Shown in pieces: positions 9,867 through 18,252 of a stretch of DNA of 64,000 bases. The notes beneath the pieces are model-generated. The model had not been told where the DNA came from. It saw only the letters and a program-made list of their open reading frames with translations, and ran no database searches. The position numbers were made by a program, and so were the translations under genes. Origin of the DNA: Bacteroidota bacterium (lineage in GTDB: Bacteria > Bacteroidota > Bacteroidia > Cytophagales > Cyclobacteriaceae); assembly GCA_038746525.1 (NCBI GenBank), contig JBCDKO010000002.1, positions 1,733 to 65,732 on the forward strand. The letters run 5' to 3'. Positions within the stretch are counted from its first letter, which is position 1, and every line of letters begins with the position of its first letter.

Positions 9867-11198
9867 TTAATCTAGGCTGTAAAGCTGAGGCAGTCCCACA
9901 GTTTCAAAGTGCCTGGATGCAGAAAGGTCATTGAGATCCACTTTCATGACAAAATTTTCTCCATTACTTTCGAATGGAACATAACCGAATCCATCTTCAA
10001 AATAAGAAACCGCGGCTAAAGCACCTCTTGTATATTCTTCGGTAACAATAGAAGCTGTTTGATTGTAAAGATCGAAACTCCACCACTGAAAGATAGGATC
10101 TACAAAATATGAATTGGGATTTTCAGGATCTATTGATTCAGGATCTTGCACGGCCGCAAGGAACTTCCCATTTCCGTAATATTCGAAGTTCATGACACCA
10201 TTGCCTGTACCTCTGGAAACACTCTCTACATCAAAATAATACTCCGGGTCAAAGTCGGTTTCTCCATCTGCAATCTTCAAAACACAGGCGGGGTTAAAAG
10301 CTGGTCGTAAAGATGGATTGGCCCAAAAATTATGGCAGAGAAAGTAGATATCATTGTTTTCGTCCATTTGCATAAAATAGTTTCCTCCCCCTGATCCCCA
10401 GGCACCTGTTGAGGACCCTCGCTCATCATAAATTCGCTTAACTACTGCATCTGTGTTGCCTGTCTCGTTGGTGTTGACTAAGTCCAAATCCACTACAATA
10501 ATGGAACATCCAATTTCAGCAGGGAGAAATCCTTCAATTCGTGAAAGAGGCATTAACGCAGCAAAAAGGTAATTGTCTCTAATAATAATTTCTGTGACCG
10601 CTTCTGCTTGATAAGTTCCTCCTTCGACAGAGAAATCAGTGGACTCTCCTACCTTAGAGAAAGCTCTGAAATCGATGTTTCCTGTTTTTGTCATGGTAGT
10701 AGGATTAAAAATGATGATGTCCGTACTTATGCCTCCTACAAATGCGGTTGATGCGTCTCTAAAAGCAGTATTTCCTTGAAATTGAAGTTCTGTGAGTGAC
10801 ATCTCCCCGGAGTTAGTGGCATTATTGGACTCATCAATGTCCCATTTCACCATTCGTCCGATAGCATAATCACTGAAATAAACGGTTCCATTAAAGGAAT
10901 GAACCATGGCACCTGTAGCCGGACTTAACTCGGTGGCATTTTCATTACCTACTGAACCGGTAGAATCTACAGACACCCGCTGTAAGAAGAATGCACGGGT
11001 TTGCCCGTCTGCATTCAAGGTAGAAGTAACCATAGCAAATTCATTGGCTATAACTTCCAGGGTATCTACCACATCGTCTTCCGGTAGATCGGGCACAACT
11101 TCTTGCTCATCGTCATCACAGCCTCCGAGCGCGACGAACATCAGAAGTACCCATACCAACGATATTTGTTTAGTGAATGAATAAAGATGATTTTTCAT
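9867..11198 (-). CDS. DUF4374-like (XusB-like) surface lipoprotein
   Basis: Lipobox ALGGC followed by acidic DDDE; DENNDIYF, VLKIADGETDFDPEYYFDV motifs; directly downstream of a TBDT. Confidence 0.7.
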   Translation of the reverse strand: MKNHLYSFTKQISLVWVLLMFVALGGCDDDEQEVVPDLPEDDVVDTLEVIANEFAMVTSTLNADGQTRAFFLQRVSVDSTGSVGNENATELSPATGAMVHSFNGTVYFSDYAIGRMVKWDIDESNNATNSGEMSLTELQFQGNTAFRDASTAFVGGISTDIIIFNPTTMTKTGNIDFRAFSKVGESTDFSVEGGTYQAEAVTEIIIRDNYLFAALMPLSRIEGFLPAEIGCSIIVVDLDLVNTNETGNTDAVVKRIYDERGSSTGAWGSGGGNYFMQMDENNDIYFLCHNFWANPSLRPAFNPACVLKIADGETDFDPEYYFDVESVSRGTGNGVMNFEYYGNGKFLAAVQDPESIDPENPNSYFVDPIFQWWSFDLYNQTASIVTEEYTRGALAAVSYFEDGFGYVPFESNGENFVMKVDLNDLSASRHFETVGLPQLYSLD

Positions 11199-11216
11199 AA
11201 TGTTAAATTGTGATTC

Positions 11217-13577
11217 TTATAGTTTTTCTAAAAAAAGTCTTGCTTTGACGTAAATGCTTCTTCCCGGCCTTTGGACATTAAAATTATCAAATGCACGTGC
11301 ATCAGAGAGGTTTCTACATTCTACACCCAGGCTCCACCGCTCTTCAGGAGCAAGCCACACTGCAGATAAGTTATGTATCTTTTGAGTGGGGGTATTGGCT
11401 TGTTGCTTGGCATCTTGATCCCAACTTGCTAAGAATGAATGCACATAATTAAAGCTGTAACGAAGTTTTATCTCGCCTCGGCTTATTGGCAACTGAGGTA
11501 TAGAATAATCTGTAATAAAATTAGCAAAAAGATAAGGTTCATTAGGTATCCTCTCACCAATAGATGAGGCAGAAAAACCTTCATTTGTATCTAAGTCTCT
11601 AGCAATCGCATTTTGGTAGGTTCCATTAAAAAAGATTTTCAAGCCATCAATCAATTGATAATCCGCATTAATCTCAATTCCATTTGTTTCTACCTGAGAA
11701 ATATTTTTATATTGGGAACTCGCACGGTTTGCAACCACAAGAAACACTTTATTCGAAGTATTACGATAGAAAAACGAGGCGCCAGCATTAAATTTTCCTT
11801 CTGCATCTTTCCATTCTAACCCTGCATTGATATTGTGGCTTTCCTCAGCTTGTAAATCCGGATTGGGAATTATTCGGATGAAATCTCCGAACAATTCATC
11901 ACTATCAGGTTGACGTATGGTAAATTCATAACCCAGATTGGCGACGATATTTGTTGTGATCTGATAACGGATCACATCCCCATATCCAAAGAGGGAATAC
12001 GTGTTTTCCTCGAGTGGACCCACTTCATCAAATTCAAAACTAATAGCTTTGGATCGTTGATAGAAGTGCTTAACAGAAACAATATTGGTAAGTCTTGAAC
12101 CTAACATTCTACTCTCCAGAGCCAAACCGGTATAATTTTTTATGAGGTCTTGAGGCTCTCCCAGGCCTTCCTGATCTTCTTGAGAAAATGCAGGATTGGA
12201 AGCCGAAAGGGCATCCTTTGAATACAGTAAAGTCAGATTCAAATTGTGCTGCTTACTAACGGCATAATTGAAATTTTGCCTGGCAAAATAGGTGTCTGTA
12301 TTAACCTCAGGAGTAGTGCCGTTGCCGAAAATACCTGATTCTCCTGCAAGCGTTTTAGGTACAAAATTCTGATCCCAGAAATAGATTTTCCGAGCCGTAT
12401 CCACAAAGTTTAATTTATTAACAATGTATCCTGCCGAAAGACTGATATCCCATTTATCATTTCCTGCAAACTTTTTCCACGAAAAAGCGGTGCTCCAGGA
12501 ATCTTCCTCAGAGTCAGGTTCTCCCCAAGGAGTTTCAGCTGTAATACCATGTTGCCACTCTCTGTCAACACTTGATAGTGATGAGAAAACTTGTATTTCA
12601 TCTGCCCAGGAAAGATTGCGTGCACCCAGAGTGATCCTCCCCAACTTAGAATCAAATGCATCATTAAATCTTCGTGCACGTCCTTTTTCGGTATTGTTAA
12701 GATCATCTATTACAATATCCACATCATCCATCCAATAATCATTATCAGCATAGGTTTGAAATCCCTCAACACCTATGCTGAATCGCTGATTTTTCCCAAA
12801 GCGTTTGTTTACACTCAACGTGGTTTGGTGCGTATTCCAAGAACCATATGAATAGCTTAAATCTAGGTAGTCTGAGTTCTTTTGTCGGGTTTTGATGTTG
12901 ATAACACCGCCCAGGGCATCTGAGCCAAATTTTACCGGAATGGTTCCTTTATACACTTCAATGTTTTCAATGACTCCTTGCGAGATAGTATTTATAGCAT
13001 AACCAGCTCCAAGTAGATAGACTGGGATTTCATCAATAAAAACCTTCACGCCTTTTCCACCAATTCCATTAATAGAAATGTCGACTTCACTACCCGCGCC
13101 ACCATTCTGTCGAATACGCATACCTGGCATCTGGTTAATAATGCTTACTACTTCTACCGGCTGCGATCTGATGTTATCCAGGTTAAGGAATTCTGCTTTG
13201 TGAGGCTGGTTTAAAATTCGCTCTTCACTACTTTGTCCTTTTATAACAACTTCTTCCAACTCAGTGGTAGATTCATTCAGCTTAAATGAATAGCGATAGG
13301 ATTTGGAAAAAGGAATAGTAATGGATTGATTCAGGGTTTCAAAACCTACTGAATGTATATTGATTGTATAAACCTTTCCTTGATCAAGAAGAAAAGTTAC
13401 TTCTCCATTAATATCAGAGACGGCTTTTAACGCAATTGAAGAAACTTCTACATAAGCTCCTGTAAGTTCAGCGGCATCTTGATCAAGGATGGTAATTGTT
13501 ACGCTACATTGATCTGAATACGCAATAGACAAATGCGTAATCATACCTAAAAGTAAGCTAATTATGATCCTCTTCAT
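11217..13577 (-). CDS. TonB-dependent transporter, probably iron-chelate uptake
   Basis: Signal peptide, N-terminal carboxypeptidase-regulatory-like domain, LEEVVIKG, plug (PGMRIRQNGGAGS..IEVYKGTIPVKFGSDALGGVINI), R.P...ELFG..NPDLQAE, C-terminal RPGRSIYVKARL. Confidence 0.93.
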   Translation of the reverse strand: MKRIIISLLLGMITHLSIAYSDQCSVTITILDQDAAELTGAYVEVSSIALKAVSDINGEVTFLLDQGKVYTINIHSVGFETLNQSITIPFSKSYRYSFKLNESTTELEEVVIKGQSSEERILNQPHKAEFLNLDNIRSQPVEVVSIINQMPGMRIRQNGGAGSEVDISINGIGGKGVKVFIDEIPVYLLGAGYAINTISQGVIENIEVYKGTIPVKFGSDALGGVINIKTRQKNSDYLDLSYSYGSWNTHQTTLSVNKRFGKNQRFSIGVEGFQTYADNDYWMDDVDIVIDDLNNTEKGRARRFNDAFDSKLGRITLGARNLSWADEIQVFSSLSSVDREWQHGITAETPWGEPDSEEDSWSTAFSWKKFAGNDKWDISLSAGYIVNKLNFVDTARKIYFWDQNFVPKTLAGESGIFGNGTTPEVNTDTYFARQNFNYAVSKQHNLNLTLLYSKDALSASNPAFSQEDQEGLGEPQDLIKNYTGLALESRMLGSRLTNIVSVKHFYQRSKAISFEFDEVGPLEENTYSLFGYGDVIRYQITTNIVANLGYEFTIRQPDSDELFGDFIRIIPNPDLQAEESHNINAGLEWKDAEGKFNAGASFFYRNTSNKVFLVVANRASSQYKNISQVETNGIEINADYQLIDGLKIFFNGTYQNAIARDLDTNEGFSASSIGERIPNEPYLFANFITDYSIPQLPISRGEIKLRYSFNYVHSFLASWDQDAKQQANTPTQKIHNLSAVWLAPEERWSLGVECRNLSDARAFDNFNVQRPGRSIYVKARLFLEKL

Positions 13578-13588
13578 TTTCTGTCATT

Positions 13589-13618
13589 ATTTAGAATTAC
13601 TCTGTTAGAATTACTCTG
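13589..13618. promoter_or_regulatory. Putative tandem Fur-type operator containing an exact 14-bp direct repeat
   Basis: TTAGAATTACTCTG at 13591-13604 and 13605-13618; 13589-13607 matches 14/19 of the Bacteroidota Fur box as I recall it (ATTTAGAATTATTCTAAAT); lies between the -7 element and the TBDT start. Confidence 0.65.
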
Positions 13619-13628
13619 AGTGTTAAAG

Positions 13629-13636
13629 CAAACCTA
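13629..13636 (-). promoter_or_regulatory. Bacteroidota sigma-A -7 element for the TBDT operon
   Basis: TAGGTTTG on minus strand fits TAnnTTTG, 52 bp upstream of the ATG. Confidence 0.55.
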
Positions 13637-14109
13637 TAATTGAAAAAAAGGAGTGACATACGTCAAACGGAGAAAGACCTACGCTAGAGGGAGAAAGATT
13701 AAACTATTCAATAATTTTCAAAGTTCAATTAAATTTACTCCTTTACGAACACTTTCATAAAAGCGTGGGACAATTTAGCTGATTCCTCTTTTCACTAGAT
13801 CCGGGACTAGCGGTCCTTGCTTCCCTCTTTAAATATTTCTAATAGGATTGGCCTTTATAATGGCATTATATCCTCTCCGGTGAAAAGCAAATTTTTTAGC
13901 TTCCCAGCGATAATATGCCCTAAGAATAAAGCCAACAAAGAAACAAATGCAGTATTCAGGAATTCTGATTCTTTATAGGGTTAAGCGCTGAGCTTATGTA
14001 AAATGATCCAGAGAATAATAGTGGATTAGCCCAATAAATTTTGAAACATGACCAGGATTTATAAATTAAAAAAACTAAAAGATAAATAGTGTATTTTCTG
14101 TCGAATTTC

Positions 14110-14117
14110 TAGTTTTG
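14110..14117 (+). promoter_or_regulatory. Bacteroidota -7 element for the tRNA
   Basis: TAGTTTTG(C) fits TAnnTTTG, about 47 bp upstream of the tRNA. Confidence 0.5.
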
Positions 14118-14164
14118 CGATCCATTTAATAATTGGGGTAATTGATAAGCTAAGAGAGGTAGTT

Positions 14165-14239
14165 CGGGGCGTGGCTCAGTCCGGTTAGAGTACCTGGTTT
14201 GGGACCAGGGGGTCGCAGGTTCGAATCCTGCCGCCCCGA
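14165..14239 (+). tRNA. tRNA-Pro(TGG), CCA not encoded
   Basis: CGGGGCG acceptor stem pairing with CGCCCCG, anticodon arm CCTGG-TTTGGGA-CCAGG, T-loop GGTTCGAATCC. Confidence 0.97.
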
Positions 14240-14823
14240 CTTCTGCTAGTTTAAATCGAGTTAGAAAGATAGAAATAATTTCTTACAGGTTCTTTCTCAT
14301 CATTCTCACCACCTTGCGCTACGTAGTGTATTATATTGGGTGGTTTTATTTATTTTGAACCGTGGTATTATCTACCAATTGAGTTTTTTGGTATAGCCAA
14401 TGGTTTAGAAAACTAAAGCCGTTCCCAATTCAGGCCATTTATGTAGTGATTGGGCAAAATCTACGGCCAAATTAGCGTATCCATGGAATGATAGAGATAA
14501 ATCAGTCGTTAAGTTATCAAAACAGGTATCAGTTATATAAAATAGGATCTTAGATTAACTTCTCCTACACCCTCCGCAGTCCTTGTTTGTCCGTATCTCC
14601 CGTTCTGGCCCTGATAGCTTGTGGTTTGGGTGCTTATGCATCATCCCCAGAGACCAAAATGACTATTGGTACATCGAAATCTCAAAAAAACTCGCTCTAT
14701 GAGCTAAAAACATTGTTTTCTTTCAAAAGATACTGTTTTCTTAGAGACACTAACTACTGATCTTCAACTAAAATCTGAAAAAGCAAAAAATCGTGCAATA
14801 CAAGTCATGAAGAAAATTCTTTT

Positions 14824-17800
14824 TTAAAAAAAAGCAGTGACTTGTACGTTTCCTGTGTGAATGGCTTGCAGAGCTTCTGACTTTCGCCCATTATAAAACA
14901 AAGAAATCTGCATTCCTTTCGAAAGGCGTTGTTGCACATTGAGCTGCCAGGTCTGGTTGATGCCTGGTTGTAATCCATCTAAAAGGATATAGCCTAAGTA
15001 AGTCGAAGGATCACCTTCGAAATTAATCATTCGTACTGAGAAGGTTGCTCTTATAGATCCTCTGGCAGTTTGGTTCCAGGTTAACTCTCCTGTGTAGGAT
15101 TGTGTAATGGATGACTCTTGAGAGGTTTCCAGAAATTCATTCTTACTATGTTTTCTTTCATAGCTGCCAATCAACCTCAAATAGTTGCTGGGTTGCCAGA
15201 TCAATTGAGGTTTGAAGACATTTGAGTGGATGTCAAAATTTCTGGAATCCAAAAAATCAGACCTATTGAATTGACTTCCGAATGAGGATGTGAACCGAAA
15301 AGTGTATTCTGAGGAAAGACCCAATTTAAAATTTGATATCCACTCACTGCGCTCTCGCGTTTCAAATCCTTGTGTAAGTAGCTGCTTGCTGTCGTTGATT
15401 TGTCTTGTAAAGTCTGCTCCAAACCCTCTGCCATTCTGATTGAAAAATAAAGTATATCGTTTAGCGCTTTGTATAGAGATGATCTCCTCATCCTTAAGAT
15501 CGACAGATAATGGGTTCAAGCGATCTGAATAATCCGAGGAAGTAGTCTTATAGCTAACATTTAGATTTGCATTAGCAGAAAACCTATAAGCAAATGATTT
15601 CACTCCTCCTTGATTTCTCCAACTTGATGGTGCTCTGACATCAATGGTATGTAGGTAGAAGGTTTGAAAAGAGGTGATGTATTCGTCGGTAGGAGTGAAT
15701 AGTTTCACGTAGTTTCTTTCATCTGGATTGATTGCCTCAAAAAATTCATTTAAGTCCTGAACACCATCACCATTATTGTCTCTCCAGGTATGTGTCCCCT
15801 CTCCGGTATTGACGGGCAGGTAAACAAACTCCCTTCGCAACTCCCTGCTGTTTCCAGTACTGTACGAAAAAGTATGACGCAAAATGCTCTTCAAAAACTC
15901 CTGTGACCAGTTTAGTCTTCCATTGATTACCTCATCCCGCCCCTCATTCAAGTCGAGTTGATCATCCACATGGCGATAATTTACATCAAAAGATACCCTT
16001 CCTTTACGGCCATTTTTGACATATGACCCCCTGAAATTCCTGGAAAGCAAATAGTCTTGCAACTCTCCACTGACAGGAAGTCTATCTTCACGAATTTGAT
16101 ATGCAAAGCGAAAAGTTGACTCCGTAGAATCACCACTTGAAAGATAGAATTCAGAAGCCTTGAAATTCATTAAAGTACTGATCACACGGTCTTGGAACTG
16201 CATTTTGTTTTCATCTATTTCAAAAATGAAGCCTGGAACTATTTTCCATTTACGATAGCTCACATCTGATTTTGATCGAATCCATGACGTTGAAGTTTGA
16301 TTTTGATCATTATCTAAATGAAAATGAGTGGATTTTAGACGAAAGTTTCCAAACTCTTGATTTAGCACTAGTTGTTGTTGCCAACCATTAATTTGGTTTC
16401 CCCGTTCTCTTCTATTAAGGGAAAAAATCAACTTGTTTCCATCATTTCTAACCAAACCTATGTTTGTGAAAACGATGAGGTCTCTGGAATTTGTCCCACT
16501 ATTTTGATTAAAATTCCAGTTACGATCAAACAATGGAGGTCTATAACGATCAATAAAAGTAAAATCCTTCTGATCGTATTCTAATGACAAAGAAGCTTCC
16601 CATAAATAGCCGGGCAAAAAAGCCTCCCTCCCATTTGATTTTATGGATACAAAGAGGGCCTGCCCATCGTTATCATCATCTTGAAGCTCTGAGTACAGGT
16701 TATTGTCCTGTTGGGAAAAAGCTCCCTCAACACTTACATTTTCATAGCCTGAGATCGTCACCTCTCCTCCTATTGTAATTAATTGCTTTTTATTTGGTAA
16801 AGGGATAAAAGATCCAGGTTCATAATTTCCTTTAGGTACGCCATTCTCCGGAGACACCCATTCATAAACCTTTCCATTGACCGTCGTCTCCTCAAGTATG
16901 TAATTGCCGTTTCCAAAACCAACCTCTGAAAAAGTAGGGCTGAAAAGCTCTTCGTTAAGGTCGGTAGAATATTGGAAAATCGTAGCAGAATGACCACTAC
17001 GATCAACCGTATCTACTTGCTTATACATCACCCTATTCTCATTGAACTCAACCGAGTCAAAGCCTGTAATGAACGCTTGATCCGCATTATCGCCAATGCG
17101 TTGAAGTTGAGCTAAGTCTGCTTCATTTAGCGAGAATCCAAGATTTCTATTCGGATTATCTTTTTCCCTGTAATAGTTAGCAAAGAGCCGCACATTGTTC
17201 TTTTCCAGTGATTGGAATGTGGAAATATTGGATCTATTGTAAAACTGTTCGGAATATTCATAATCCACGCGAATAATGGAAAATTGGGTGATGATTATGT
17301 GGTTGTTGAAAGTGATTTCACCAAGATTATAATCAATCACATAGTCTCGGTCAAACCCTCTTTTTAATCGCTCTCCATCCAAAAAAACTTTCTCCGAGTT
17401 GGCTAACACAATAATGAACCGCTCACCACGAGGACCTCTCAATTTATAGGGTCCTGAAAGTCCATCTATTGGTTCCACCAAAGCCGAATTGAATTTTCCT
17501 TTTGATACTGCTCCTGAAACCCTACTTACATACTCCCAATCCTGACCACCTCTCAAACTCGCTTGAAGTCCCTGGATGTTTTTATAGTATTTCAAAAAAT
17601 AGCCTGCATTTTGTGGTTCCTTTAGAACGATATCTCCTGCTGTGATGTCGAAGTCATCATTACATAGCTTGATGTATACATTGTCAAAATCACGAATCTG
17701 TTGCGTATTGCCTTCAGGTTGATAGGGAACATTTTGATCGGTGATTACTGCCGATAAATAAAGATCTTCATCCAACTTGCCTTGCATCTGCAGGTTTAAT

Positions 17801-18252
17801 GTGGAATTGACCAACAGGTTTTGCCTGTTACCGAATGTGATTCCACGTGTAATCGCACCATATTTCTGAATACCTCCAAAATCGAATAGTTGTTCTTTTT
17901 CTATCACATTCACCTTATTTGCCGCTATCACTTCCACATCACCTGACGTATCGTAATTAGCTATATCCCGATTCATAAAAGGTTGTGTTATGATGGACGA
18001 TAATACCCTGTAGCATACCTGAACAGAATCTTTGGTTGAATGAACACGAATTACTCTATTCTCAACGTCAAAGTCAAAAGAAGAACGGCTGGTGATAGAT
18101 CCTGGCTCAATGATGAGGGAATCCAGAACGAACGATTGATTGGTTGGAATTGACTTACACTTAAGATTCTGAGCATCAACAAAAAAAGTAATAGAAAAAA
18201 AACTAAGAACGAGTAACCAAGGGCATGGAAAGATAAAAGGTCGTCCCTTCAT
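14824..18252 (-). CDS. Large outer-membrane protein of unknown function with a SprA-like repeat motif
   Basis: Likely start ATG 18252 with signal peptide; NSEKVFLDGERLKRGFDRDYVIDYNLGEITF motif; amphipathic beta strands; DNNGDGVQDLNE Ca-loop; ends VQVTAFF. Confidence 0.7.
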   Translation of the reverse strand: MKGRPFIFPCPWLLVLSFFSITFFVDAQNLKCKSIPTNQSFVLDSLIIEPGSITSRSSFDFDVENRVIRVHSTKDSVQVCYRVLSSIITQPFMNRDIANYDTSGDVEVIAANKVNVIEKEQLFDFGGIQKYGAITRGITFGNRQNLLVNSTLNLQMQGKLDEDLYLSAVITDQNVPYQPEGNTQQIRDFDNVYIKLCNDDFDITAGDIVLKEPQNAGYFLKYYKNIQGLQASLRGGQDWEYVSRVSGAVSKGKFNSALVEPIDGLSGPYKLRGPRGERFIIVLANSEKVFLDGERLKRGFDRDYVIDYNLGEITFNNHIIITQFSIIRVDYEYSEQFYNRSNISTFQSLEKNNVRLFANYYREKDNPNRNLGFSLNEADLAQLQRIGDNADQAFITGFDSVEFNENRVMYKQVDTVDRSGHSATIFQYSTDLNEELFSPTFSEVGFGNGNYILEETTVNGKVYEWVSPENGVPKGNYEPGSFIPLPNKKQLITIGGEVTISGYENVSVEGAFSQQDNNLYSELQDDDNDGQALFVSIKSNGREAFLPGYLWEASLSLEYDQKDFTFIDRYRPPLFDRNWNFNQNSGTNSRDLIVFTNIGLVRNDGNKLIFSLNRRERGNQINGWQQQLVLNQEFGNFRLKSTHFHLDNDQNQTSTSWIRSKSDVSYRKWKIVPGFIFEIDENKMQFQDRVISTLMNFKASEFYLSSGDSTESTFRFAYQIREDRLPVSGELQDYLLSRNFRGSYVKNGRKGRVSFDVNYRHVDDQLDLNEGRDEVINGRLNWSQEFLKSILRHTFSYSTGNSRELRREFVYLPVNTGEGTHTWRDNNGDGVQDLNEFFEAINPDERNYVKLFTPTDEYITSFQTFYLHTIDVRAPSSWRNQGGVKSFAYRFSANANLNVSYKTTSSDYSDRLNPLSVDLKDEEIISIQSAKRYTLFFNQNGRGFGADFTRQINDSKQLLTQGFETRERSEWISNFKLGLSSEYTFRFTSSFGSQFNRSDFLDSRNFDIHSNVFKPQLIWQPSNYLRLIGSYERKHSKNEFLETSQESSITQSYTGELTWNQTARGSIRATFSVRMINFEGDPSTYLGYILLDGLQPGINQTWQLNVQQRLSKGMQISLFYNGRKSEALQAIHTGNVQVTAFF

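Noticed and set aside
13640-14100. Possible cobalamin or other riboswitch upstream of the TBDT
   Set aside because: No recognisable B12-box or other conserved core on the minus strand, and the -7 element leaves only a short leader
14165-14823. tRNA-Pro as a genomic-island integration site
   Set aside because: No integrase and no convincing repeat of the tRNA 3' end; downstream genes look core. A short fragment (DVPIVILVSGDDA, near 14640-14680 minus) looks protein-like but is too short to call
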